Shown here in pieces: positions 1 to 7,525 of a stretch of DNA of 12,233 nucleotides. Every line of letters begins with the position of its first letter. Within the stretch, counting starts at the first letter, position 1. Origin of the DNA: Nitrospirota bacterium (lineage in GTDB: Bacteria; Nitrospirota; UBA9217); contig CAVUHW010000023.1 of NCBI GenBank assembly GCA_963741205.1, positions 1-12,233 of the forward strand, given 5' to 3'. A model generated the notes under the pieces. That model had not been told where the DNA came from. It saw only the letters and a list, made by a program, of their open reading frames with translations, and made no database searches. The position numbers and the translations under genes were made by a program.

Positions 1-79
1 CCCCTCCTTTGCAAAATACACGAAAAGCAAAAGAGCGGAATCAAACATGATAAACCTGCCCCTGTGATGTGCCTGGAAA

Positions 80-120
80 ATAACATCTTGTTATATTGTT
101 GCGCATATTGTAATATATGC
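80..120 (+). promoter_or_regulatory. Putative sigma70 promoter overlapped by two palindromic operator-like sites
   Basis: TTGTTA (88-93)-17 bp-TAATAT (111-116). Inverted repeats ATAACA-tct-TGTTAT (80-94) and GCATAT-6-ATATGC (103-120). Confidence 0.35.
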
Positions 121-165
121 CACACGCATATCATCGGCCCGGGGGCCAAACTAAGGAGGGTTACA

Positions 166-552
166 ATGAATTCAAAGAAGTTTCTATTCGTGCTGTCCCA
201 TGCAACGTCAAATCCCATGGAAGTGATCGTCATGCTGAAAATTATATCCAATATGAAGGCATTCGACGACGAGGCAGAGATAGCGGTTTTCCTGGTCGGT
301 GAAGGCGTCCAACTCGCGAAAAAAGGAATGGGAAAAACCATAACAATGGAACTGGAAGGCAATATGGTCAATGTCGGCGAACTGCTGGACATGATGCCCG
401 AGTTCAATGTGAAGTTTTACGTCTGCCACGCCTTCATGCCGCTCTTTAGCGTTGCCAAGGAAGAGCTTATCGAAGGTGCGGAGATGAAAGGAAGTTCCTA
501 CCTCGGCGAGCTGCTCCTGGCCGGCTACACTCCTTTTCCGATGGCAATGTAG
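166..552 (+). CDS. DsrE/DsrF-like family protein (128 aa)
   Basis: RBS AAGGAGG (153-159) precedes ATG 166. The protein has the DsrE-type pattern KFLFVLSH...IAVFLVGEGVQLAKK...VKFYVC...ELIEGAE. Confidence 0.8.
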   Translation: MNSKKFLFVLSHATSNPMEVIVMLKIISNMKAFDDEAEIAVFLVGEGVQLAKKGMGKTITMELEGNMVNVGELLDMMPEFNVKFYVCHAFMPLFSVAKEELIEGAEMKGSSYLGELLLAGYTPFPMAM

Positions 553-560
553 AGGAATGC

Positions 561-638
561 AAGTAAGAATTAAGAAGGTAGAAGTAAGAAAGTGGGGATA
601 GTTCCTATTTCTTAATTCTTAACCCTACCTGCTTACTT
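561..638. repeat. Heptamer tandem repeats forming an imperfect inverted repeat
   Basis: AAGTAAG AATTAAG AAGGTAG AAGTAAG (561-588) faces CTTAATT CTTAACC CTACCTG CTTACTT (611-638). Confidence 0.7.
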
Positions 639-640
639 GA

Positions 641-673
641 AAGGCCGGAGAAACATTCCGGCCTTTTCTTTTT
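641..673 (+). terminator. Rho-independent terminator of the DsrE gene
   Basis: 9-bp stem AAGGCCGGA/TCCGGCCTT with a 7-nt loop, followed by TTCTTTTT. Confidence 0.8.
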
Positions 674-702
674 GTACTTATTCTTCGGTTGCGGTTTCTT
701 CC

Positions 703-1110
703 TACTTCATCCTTCTTAATTCTCTTTCTTAGCTCGAGTGGCAATTTCAACGTCTGACCCGGGGCTGTCCCCTATTTTTGGATCTTCCGACTTTGACGTG
801 GGTGGAATTAATGCCTATATGACTTAATATGCAGTATTATTGTCCTTTTTTGATCACGTTTGTTGTCACCTTTCTTGCTTGCCCGAAGAAAGGTGACCCA
901 AAGAAGGCACCCCGGCTAAAATCTTAACGCCATGCTCGGTCGTCCTCAGTACATTTCGGAAACTCGGCCTGCGGCCTCAGACAGTCCGAAATGCTTAACC
1001 CTCGTCCTCGGTCGCCTGGCTAAATTTTCGCATGGGTAAGCATACAAGACTCTTAGATTCTAAGCTTTACCCCAAACACTTCATCCTTCTTACTTCATCC
1101 TTCTTAATTC
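703..1110. repeat. 20-bp direct repeat TACTTCATCCTTCTTAATTC (703-722 and 1091-1110) built from heptamers
   Basis: The two copies are identical. The second overlaps a 14-bp tandem (1078-1105) and supplies the VOC stop codon. Confidence 0.75.
865..1037. repeat. Highly structured intergenic element (MITE-like or ncRNA-like)
   Basis: 12-bp perfect hairpin GTCACCTTTCTT/AAGAAAGGTGAC (865-897). Nested stem CATTTCGGA (951-959)/TCCGAAATG (985-993) closes GGCC-TGC-GGCC. Outer pairings ACCC/GGGT and GCCA/TGGC. Confidence 0.55.
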
Positions 1111-1550
1111 GTTTTCTCCGGATACTGCGCGAGTTCCATAAGGATTCCATCGGGGCCATGGAAATAAACGAGGCGCTTTCCTGTTTTTTCCCAGGTCCGA
1201 ATCGGGCTTAAGAACTCAACGCCGAACTCCTTGAGCCGTGCAACCGTATGTTCAATATCTTTAACGGAAAAAGCCAGGTGACGGAAACCGATACGACCCG
1301 GATAACCGCAATCCGGATCGGACAGGGGTTTCGGATTGCTGAAGTGCAGGAGTTCTATGACGAGTTGACTCGACTGATGCTTCATCCCCACAAACGAACC
1401 GGCTGCCTCCTTGATACCGGTGACGGACTCGAGGAATGCAGCGTCAAGTGTCGATCGGATCGCCTCCTCGAATCCGAGGATCTCAAAAAACTTCCTGCTT
1501 CTTTCAAGATCAGTAACGACAATCGCAAGGTGATCGATTTGCTTTATCAT
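1104..1550 (-). CDS. VOC/glyoxalase family protein (148 aa)
   Basis: GAGG RBS precedes ATG 1550. Motifs IDHLAIVVTDLERSRKFF, IELL, GFRHLAFSVKDIE and YFHGPDGILMEL carry the H/E/H/E metal ligands. Confidence 0.9.
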   Translation of the reverse strand: MIKQIDHLAIVVTDLERSRKFFEILGFEEAIRSTLDAAFLESVTGIKEAAGSFVGMKHQSSQLVIELLHFSNPKPLSDPDCGYPGRIGFRHLAFSVKDIEHTVARLKEFGVEFLSPIRTWEKTGKRLVYFHGPDGILMELAQYPEKTN

Positions 1551-1558
1551 GGCTGACC

Positions 1559-2122
1559 TCATCGGATTTCCGGGCGAACCTGTTTCCCCTGAGGCACCCG
1601 GAAAGAGCGGACGATCAGGGGGACGACGATCATCGCGCCAAGAACTATCCACATCGTTGTGTCGGGATCGCGAAAATACCTGTTCAGGCGCAGGGTCGTG
1701 ACTGCAATGACGGCGTAATACAGCATGTCGCCCGCGATCGCGATAGCCCAGCCCATCAGGAATCCATGGCCGGCAGCCAGCGCCGAGGCCCGCCCGGTCA
1801 TCGGGTCCGCGCCAAAGGAGATCATAACGAGCGCAATGGGGCCTGCACCGGTGCCGCTGAAATGGGCCGCGCTGCGGGCCATTGCAGCCTTCATCCTTGC
1901 GCTGAAACGGGCGAGAAACGGGACTCTTCCCCCCAACCATGCGAGAAGTTGAAGGACCGGCTCGAATGCGAGGGCCAGCAGCACATCGGAAACCAAGTAG
2001 AGCCCGGCGGTCACGGGCCAGGCCAGACCCTTGGTCCGGGCGAGCAATACGCCTGCCGGGATTCCGCCCCCGACAGGGATAAGGAAGAGCATCAACACGG
2101 AAAACATGATGGATACTAACAA
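1559..2122 (-). CDS. Hypothetical multi-pass membrane protein (LFLIPVGGGIPAGV motif)
   Basis: Several hydrophobic segments. Ends 8 bp from the VOC gene, so probably co-transcribed. The start is uncertain (TTG 2122 or a nearby downstream ATG). Confidence 0.75.
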   Translation of the reverse strand: MLVSIMFSVLMLFLIPVGGGIPAGVLLARTKGLAWPVTAGLYLVSDVLLALAFEPVLQLLAWLGGRVPFLARFSARMKAAMARSAAHFSGTGAGPIALVMISFGADPMTGRASALAAGHGFLMGWAIAIAGDMLYYAVIAVTTLRLNRYFRDPDTTMWIVLGAMIVVPLIVRSFRVPQGKQVRPEIR

Positions 2123-2185
2123 AAGTGCCGGCCAAAGGCAAGCGGCGGGACAGGTTTCGTATTGTGTTGTTGGCTAAGGTATCTG
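2015..2185. repeat. ~170-bp direct repeat, copy 1 (leader + 5' end of membrane protein gene)
   Basis: Aligns along its whole length with 3537-3707, with scattered substitutions and two 1-bp indels. Confidence 0.9.
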
Positions 2186-2186
2186 G

Positions 2187-2215
2187 ATAATATGAGAGAA
2201 AAATGTCAATTGCAA
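2187..2215 (-). promoter_or_regulatory. Putative sigma70 promoter of the membrane protein-VOC operon
   Basis: TTGCAA-17 bp-TATTAT on the minus strand. Confidence 0.45.
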
Positions 2216-2372
2216 AGTCTGCCCCCAAGTAGTCCTTCACTCATTAAAAAGTATTACCAAGTATGGTAAAGACTGCGTACCTGAACCGGATTTATAATTA
2301 AGTTAGACACACTTTGTTAAAAAGATTTTCATGAGAAGCGCAGCATCAGATGCTTCGCCTGGAGAACAGCAT

Positions 2373-3413
2373 ATGAAAACATATAGTATTGCTGGTGAAG
2401 ACACCGGGACATTGACATTCGGGGACAAACTGCACGACCTCCTGAACAGCCAGATAATTTCACGGCTCATTTATGTCGTCGCAAAGCTTGGCGTCCCTGA
2501 CGTGATGACGGAAGGTGTGATGACTTCAGATCAGATCGCCATTGCCGTAAACGCCGACCCCGGAGCGCTCTACCGCGTCATGCGTACGCTCGCGGCGTAT
2601 GGACTGTTTGCCGAAAAACCGAAAGGCTATTTCGAGCTGACGGAACTCGGGAGTCTGCTTCGGTCCGACCATCCCGATTCGCAGAGGGCATTTGCGATCC
2701 TGGCATGGGAACCCTGGATGCGCGCAGGGTGGGACGGAATCCTTTCAACGGTCTCAACCGGGACAACCGCCTTCAATCGGGTACACGGCATGGGGTTCTT
2801 CGAATACCTGAATAAGCACCCCAACGCGGCCGACCTGTTCAACCGCGCGATGACGAGCCTCACCCGGAAGGAGATCGACTCCATCCTGTCGGTGTACGAC
2901 TTTTCCCGCTTTGCCAAAGTTGCCGACGTGGGAGGAGGCTACGGCGGGTTCCTTGCCGCAATCCTCAAAAAACATCGAAGCGTGGCCGGTATTCTGTTCG
3001 ATCTCCCTCACGTCGTGGAAGGGGCAAAGAACCTGCTGGAAAAGGAAGCAGTGCTCGATCGCTGCACGCTGTCTGCGGGCGACTTTTTTTCCTCGATTAC
3101 GCCGGGAGCGGACGCGTATATCCTGAAGAGCGTCATTCATGACTGGAACGACGAGGAGGCAGTGCGCATTCTCAGGAACTGCCGGGCAGCCGTCCCGGAC
3201 ACAGGGCGGATTCTTGTGATCGAGCGCCTGATCGAAGAGGAAGCCGCGCCATCTCCCGCCAGGATCCTGGACATCGTCATGCTCGTCAATGTGAGCGGCA
3301 AAGAACGAACCGAGGAGGAGTACGGGAGCCTGTTTGCAGATTCGGGTTTCCGCCTGCAGAGGACGATCCCCACGTCGTCAGAGATGAATATCATCGAGGC
3401 AGTGCCGGTGTGA
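2373..3413 (+). CDS. SAM-dependent O-methyltransferase, class 2 (dimerisation domain + Methyltransf_2)
   Basis: GGAG RBS precedes ATG 2373. Motifs VADVGGGYG, LFDLPHVV, GDFF, YILKSVIHDWNDEEA and GKERTEEEY. Confidence 0.93.
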   Translation: MKTYSIAGEDTGTLTFGDKLHDLLNSQIISRLIYVVAKLGVPDVMTEGVMTSDQIAIAVNADPGALYRVMRTLAAYGLFAEKPKGYFELTELGSLLRSDHPDSQRAFAILAWEPWMRAGWDGILSTVSTGTTAFNRVHGMGFFEYLNKHPNAADLFNRAMTSLTRKEIDSILSVYDFSRFAKVADVGGGYGGFLAAILKKHRSVAGILFDLPHVVEGAKNLLEKEAVLDRCTLSAGDFFSSITPGADAYILKSVIHDWNDEEAVRILRNCRAAVPDTGRILVIERLIEEEAAPSPARILDIVMLVNVSGKERTEEEYGSLFADSGFRLQRTIPTSSEMNIIEAVPV

Positions 3414-3536
3414 TTCGATAGTGAAAAAGATCCCGGGGGCCGCAGTGATCGAAAGGACTTTTCCCCCAATCTCTTGCGTCCCCTTTCACTATTTAATAGC
3501 CTGGAAGTCAAGGTGGGTATTTTAAATTGGTGCCAG

Positions 3537-3707
3537 GGGCCGGACAGGCCCTTGGTCTTGGCGAGCTATACGCCTGCCGGGATTCCGCCCCCGACAGGGA
3601 TAAGGAAGAGCATTAACACGGAAAACATGATGGATATTAGCAAAAGTGCCGGCCAAAGGCAAGCGGCGGGGCGGGTTTCGTATTGTGGTATTTGGCTAAG
3701 GCATCTG
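3537..3707 (-). pseudogene. Direct repeat copy 2: truncated, nonsense-mutated 5' fragment of the membrane protein gene with its leader
   Basis: From TTG 3643 it reads LLISIMFSVLMLFLIPVGGGIPAGV* (TTG>TAG at 3566-3568), then LAKTKGL and breaks off near 3537. Confidence 0.85.
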
Positions 3708-3823
3708 AATTGGAGTCTTAATTCTGATTTGTCAACAAATGAGATTTTACTCCAATTCGCTCCGATGTTAAGCAGTAATTCAGAGAAAAGTCCAACAGTA
3801 TGGACCCTAAGAAGTTTGGTGCC

Positions 3824-4911
3824 CTACACATTAAACCTGAAATTGATCATATCCCCGTCCTTTACTTCATAGGTCTTTCCCTCGAGCCTGAAATGCCCTT
3901 TTTCCCGTGCCGCATGTATACTGCCCGTGGCAATAAAATCATCATAGGAAACGATCTCCGCCCGTATAAAACCTCTCTCGATATCCGAATGTATCCTGCC
4001 TGCCGCCTGCTGTGCATTCATGCCCTTTTCTATGGTCCAGGCCCTGACCTCGTCTTCACCGTAGGTCAAAAAAGATATCAGGCCGAGCAGGTCATACGAA
4101 ACACGGATAAGCTTGTTCAGCGCCGGCTCCTTGATGCCGAGGTCGTCAAGAAAAGCCTTCGCCTCGTCGGGAGAAAGCTGGGCTATCTCCATCTCGATCT
4201 TCCCGCACATGCTCAAGACCGTCACCTGCCGCCCTTTGAACAATGACTGAAGATCAGAGACCGTCTTGTTGGTTGTTTCCGAATTCACTTCCTGTTCAGC
4301 GACGTTCAGCACAACGACCTCGGGCTTGATGCGACATGAACTGCAGATGGCGCATGGCCTTCAGGTCCTCCCCGGAAAAATCCGCATCCCGGAGCGGCTT
4401 CTCGGATTCCAATATCTCCCTGCATTTGAGCAAGAGCTTCTTTTCGCCCTCATCAGGCTTCTTTCCCCTCTTCTGGCCCTGCTCCATCCGCTCCAGCCGT
4501 TTCTCGACCAGTTCAAGATCGCCGAAGATCATCTCCATCTCCAATCGTCTGGGCATCTCTCTGCGGGTCGACCGTGCCCATGGGATGGGGCACTGACTCG
4601 TCCTGAAAGCCCCTCACAACATGCACGAGCGCGTCTGCATCCTTGACAAGGTCGAACACCTTCCGGTTCTGCTCCATGTCGCCCTTGGTCAGTCCGATAT
4701 AATCAACATACTCAACCGTTGCATAGGTGGTCTTCTTCGGCTTGTATATCTCCGAAAGCTTGTCGATCCTGCTGTCCGGCACCTTTACGACGCCATGATG
4801 AGGTTCTGCTGTCACGGTAGCATAGACCGTCGTCTCCAAATTCAGACCCGTAAAGGCATTAAATATCGTTGTCTTTCCTGAATTCGCAAGTCCCGTAATG
4901 GCTATCTTCAT
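3824..4911 (-). CDS. ychF: Redox-regulated ATPase YchF (Obg family), split by two +1 frameshifts (~4551, ~4331); sequencing error or pseudogene
   Basis: GLANSGKTT P-loop, VKVPDSRIDKLS, YVDYIGL, ADALVHVVRGF, EVRAWTI, AGRIHSDIERGFIRAE and EGKTYEVKDGDMINFRFNV. AAGGAG RBS. Removing 2 nt gives 361 codons. Confidence 0.92.
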
Positions 4912-4936
4912 TTTTTTCTCCTTTAGAACCGCTTAA

Positions 4937-4960
4937 GGGCCAGGTCTTTACTGTTAACAT
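4937..4960 (-). repeat. REP-like end motif downstream of RAYT (minus strand ATGTTAACAGTAAAGACCTGGCCCT)
   Basis: 4943-4960 is the reverse complement of 5840-5857 at 17/18 positions and overlaps the RAYT stop codon. Confidence 0.8.
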
Positions 4961-5808
4961 CAGCCCCGTTCATTCATTATCCGGCTGATACTGGCATAGT
5001 GCATACCGAGATGATTGGCAATTTCTCGCTGGCTGTACAGATGTTTCTCAACTGCCTCTGCTATTTTCCGATCCCGCTTTTGCTTATCTCGAATTATCGT
5101 CTCCGTGAATATTCTCTCGAGGAGCGGTCTGTTCGCATACCGCTGACTCTTGGGTATCTCTGGAACATCCTTGTGCTTCTTGAGATAATCAACCAGTCGT
5201 TCGGCAAACGCTTCCTCTCCCAGGATGGCCTGACCCCTGACTTCCGTCCAGATATTTTTATCCGATCCCCATTGAACAAACTGCCGGTATTCCTGCTCAG
5301 CCTTTCCCCTCTTTCCGCCGAACTGACCCAGAACCCAGTCAGTGGTAAGGCATGGATGTCGATCCTCCCGTCCGGCCGTCGCCCGGTAGCTGCCCCATTT
5401 CCATGCATTCGGCGCTTCAACCATCTTTGCCCTGACTGGATTAAGGACAACATACCGGCATACTTCGAGCAGGTGGCTATCTTTCTGGATAAGGATAGAC
5501 TTATACCTTCCCTGGAGCAGATGACCAGTTCGTCCATGCAGTTTGTTAAAAAGTTGTGTGTATACACCGTTTAGCTGCCGCATGCCGATAGAGAGATTGC
5601 CGTCAGGGGTCTCGATCAGCAAATGGTAATGGTCATCCATGAGGCAATAGGCGTGGCAGATCCAATTATATCGTTTGTTGACATGCTGGAAGATGTTGAG
5701 AAAATTGATCCGGTCCTGGTCGCTTTTAAAAACGGCTTTCTTTTCATTGCCGCGGGAGGTGATATGGTAGACCGCACCGGGATATTCTATTCGGAGTGGA
5801 CGGGCCAT
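4960..5808 (-). CDS. REP-associated tyrosine transposase (RAYT; Y1/HUH, IS200-like) with C-terminal HTH
   Basis: MARPLRIEYPGAVYHITSRGN N-terminus, HUH motif AYCLMDDHYHLL, GHLLQGRYKS, catalytic Tyr in RYVVLNPVRA and HTH YSQREIANHLGMHYASISR. Confidence 0.92.
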   Translation of the reverse strand: MARPLRIEYPGAVYHITSRGNEKKAVFKSDQDRINFLNIFQHVNKRYNWICHAYCLMDDHYHLLIETPDGNLSIGMRQLNGVYTQLFNKLHGRTGHLLQGRYKSILIQKDSHLLEVCRYVVLNPVRAKMVEAPNAWKWGSYRATAGREDRHPCLTTDWVLGQFGGKRGKAEQEYRQFVQWGSDKNIWTEVRGQAILGEEAFAERLVDYLKKHKDVPEIPKSQRYANRPLLERIFTETIIRDKQKRDRKIAEAVEKHLYSQREIANHLGMHYASISRIMNERG

Positions 5809-5817
5809 AATAGACAG

Positions 5818-5846
5818 ACGGTAGCAATAAAAGAGGCCAATGTCAA
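5818..5846 (-). promoter_or_regulatory. Putative RAYT promoter with its -35 inside the end motif; leaderless mRNA
   Basis: TTGACA (5841-5846)-17 bp-TACCGT with TG extension, 9 nt upstream of ATG 5808. No RBS. Confidence 0.5.
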
Positions 5847-5863
5847 CAGTAAAGACCCTAAGA
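5840..5863 (+). repeat. REP-like end motif upstream of RAYT (ATGTCAACAGTAAAGACCCTAAGA)
   Basis: Inverted partner of 4943-4960, and 18/20 identical to 3793-3812. Confidence 0.8.
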
Positions 5864-6237
5864 GGTTACGCGGGGCCTGCCCTGCGTATCGAGCGCCACG
5901 TAGGTGAGATAGGCCGTGGCCGCATTCCGCACTTCGCCGATGATGAGGTTCTCGGCTTCGACCCGCACGCCGATCTCCATGGAGGTTTTGCCCACGAGGT
6001 TCAGGCCTGCAGTGACGGTCAAAAGGTCTCCCTCAAACACGGGGGTGTGGAAATCCATGCGGTCGATGGAGGCGGTGACCACATTGGACCGGGCATGGCG
6101 TGACGCTACCACGCCCGCCGCCTCGTCGATGAGTTTCACGACCACGCCGCCGTGAACGTTCCGGCAGGGTTGGCGTCCCGGGGAATCATCATCTGCGCCA
6201 TAACGACCGTGCTGTCCTGCACCCGCTTTCCTTCCAT
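5858..6237 (-). pseudogene. Acyl-CoA thioesterase (YciA/hotdog family), -1 frameshift near 6160, C-terminus apparently truncated at the RAYT end motif
   Basis: GGAGG RBS precedes ATG 6237. Reads MEGKRVQDSTVVMAQMMIPRDANPAG/NVHGGVVVKLIDEAAG...VGKTSMEIGVRV...YLTYVALDTQGRPR, then stops inside the motif. Confidence 0.8.
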
Positions 6238-6374
6238 ATGCACACCTCCCGTTTGTGACAGGTACTCATTGTATCAGAACCGGTTGAAAACGAGTCTTCG
6301 CGAACGTCCATCCACCTCGTTTTATTCCCGATGCCCTATTAAAAAACAGTGATCATCAAAGTTCTTCAATTTCG

Positions 6375-6403
6375 TTGTAATTATCAGGGCCGTGAAGTAT
6401 AAA
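6375..6403 (+). promoter_or_regulatory. Putative sigma70 promoter of the DUF1848 gene
   Basis: TTGTAA-17 bp-TATAAA. Confidence 0.4.
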
Positions 6404-6432
6404 GAATATATCCTCATTGAGAAGGTCGATAC

Positions 6433-7338
6433 ATGATCATAAGCGCAAGCAGAAGAACCGATATACCTGCTTTTTACAGCGACTGGTTCCTGAAACGCAT
6501 TGAAGAGGGTTTCGTAATGGTTCGGAACCCCATGAACCCCCGTCAGGTCAGCAAGGTTTCTTTGGAGCCGGGAGCGGTGGATTGCATCGTCTTTTGGACC
6601 AAGAACCCTGCGAACATGATCGGTAAGCTCACGTACCTTGAGGAAAGAAAGTACAGCTACTACTTCCAGTTCACCCTTACGCCGTACAACAAAACGATCG
6701 AACCGAATCTGGCGCCTAAAGATGACGTGATCTCAACCTTTATCGCGCTGTCTGAGCGGATCGGCAAGGAGCGGGTTATCTGGCGGTACGATCCGATTCT
6801 TTTCACGAATGAGCTGGACAGGGAATATCACTACCAGTCCTTCGAATCCCTGGCAGGGAAACTGGCGGGCCATACCGATAAGTGCGTCATCAGTTTCGTG
6901 GATTTCTACGCAAAATGCCGTAAGCGGCTTACGAGCCTGAACGCCAGAGAGATAACCCGGGAGGATATGTACGCCGTCGCGCGTGCCTTTGCCGGCATAG
7001 GAAAAGCACAGGGTATAAAGATCGAGACGTGCGCTGAAGAAGCCGATCTTTCGGAGTTTGGTATTGTCCATGGGAAGTGCATCGACGATGGGCTTATTGC
7101 AAGGATCACCGGACGGCAGCTTGAGGTGAGGAAGGACAAATCGCAGCGAGAACTATGCGGCTGCGTCGCCAGTTTCGATGTGGGCGCTTACAATACATGC
7201 TTTTTTAACTGTCTTTATTGCTACGCGAACAATGGCAAGGAGGTGGTAACGGAGAAGACCGCAAACCATAAACGAGAGTCCCCCCTGATGAAGGGCGACT
7301 TAGAAGATAGCGACAATGTTTGTCTTAAAACCAGTTAA
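6433..7338 (+). CDS. DUF1848 domain-containing protein (radical-SAM-like CxxxCxxC at the C-terminus)
   Basis: Family signatures MIISASRRTDIPAFYSDWF, VFWTKNP, WRYDPI, CAE, CID, CGC and YNTCFFNCLYCYAN. Confidence 0.92.
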   Translation: MIISASRRTDIPAFYSDWFLKRIEEGFVMVRNPMNPRQVSKVSLEPGAVDCIVFWTKNPANMIGKLTYLEERKYSYYFQFTLTPYNKTIEPNLAPKDDVISTFIALSERIGKERVIWRYDPILFTNELDREYHYQSFESLAGKLAGHTDKCVISFVDFYAKCRKRLTSLNAREITREDMYAVARAFAGIGKAQGIKIETCAEEADLSEFGIVHGKCIDDGLIARITGRQLEVRKDKSQRELCGCVASFDVGAYNTCFFNCLYCYANNGKEVVTEKTANHKRESPLMKGDLEDSDNVCLKTS

Positions 7339-7525
7339 CTTATTTCCTGCCATTCTCCCCTTTCTGAACTCCATTATTTTATCCCTACGAGACGGTAATC
7401 GACAATTGTAACACCGCAAGACCTGATAATCATATAAAGGGCACCTCCAGAGCATACCAGAACGGTTAAGCTCTGATATGCTCTTGGGAAAGACGACCAA
7501 TCTTACCAATCCCAGGAGGTGCTTT

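Noticed and set aside
64-165. N-terminal extension of the DsrE ORF
   Set aside because: A strong RBS precedes ATG 166, and the extension overlaps promoter-like sequence.
1104-2240. 378-aa ORF as one protein
   Set aside because: Only the last 148 aa are VOC-like and have their own RBS. The upstream part is an off-frame shadow of the membrane protein gene.
3474-3872. 132-aa plus-strand ORF
   Set aside because: It is an antisense read of the repeat copy and intergenic DNA, with no RBS or recognisable motifs.
4296-4556. Programmed frameshifting in ychF
   Set aside because: There are no slippery sequences at the shift sites. Single-base insertions restore the expected protein.
4960-5808. RelE toxin label sometimes attached to such proteins
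   Set aside because: The HUH and Tyr motifs and the length identify a Y1 transposase.
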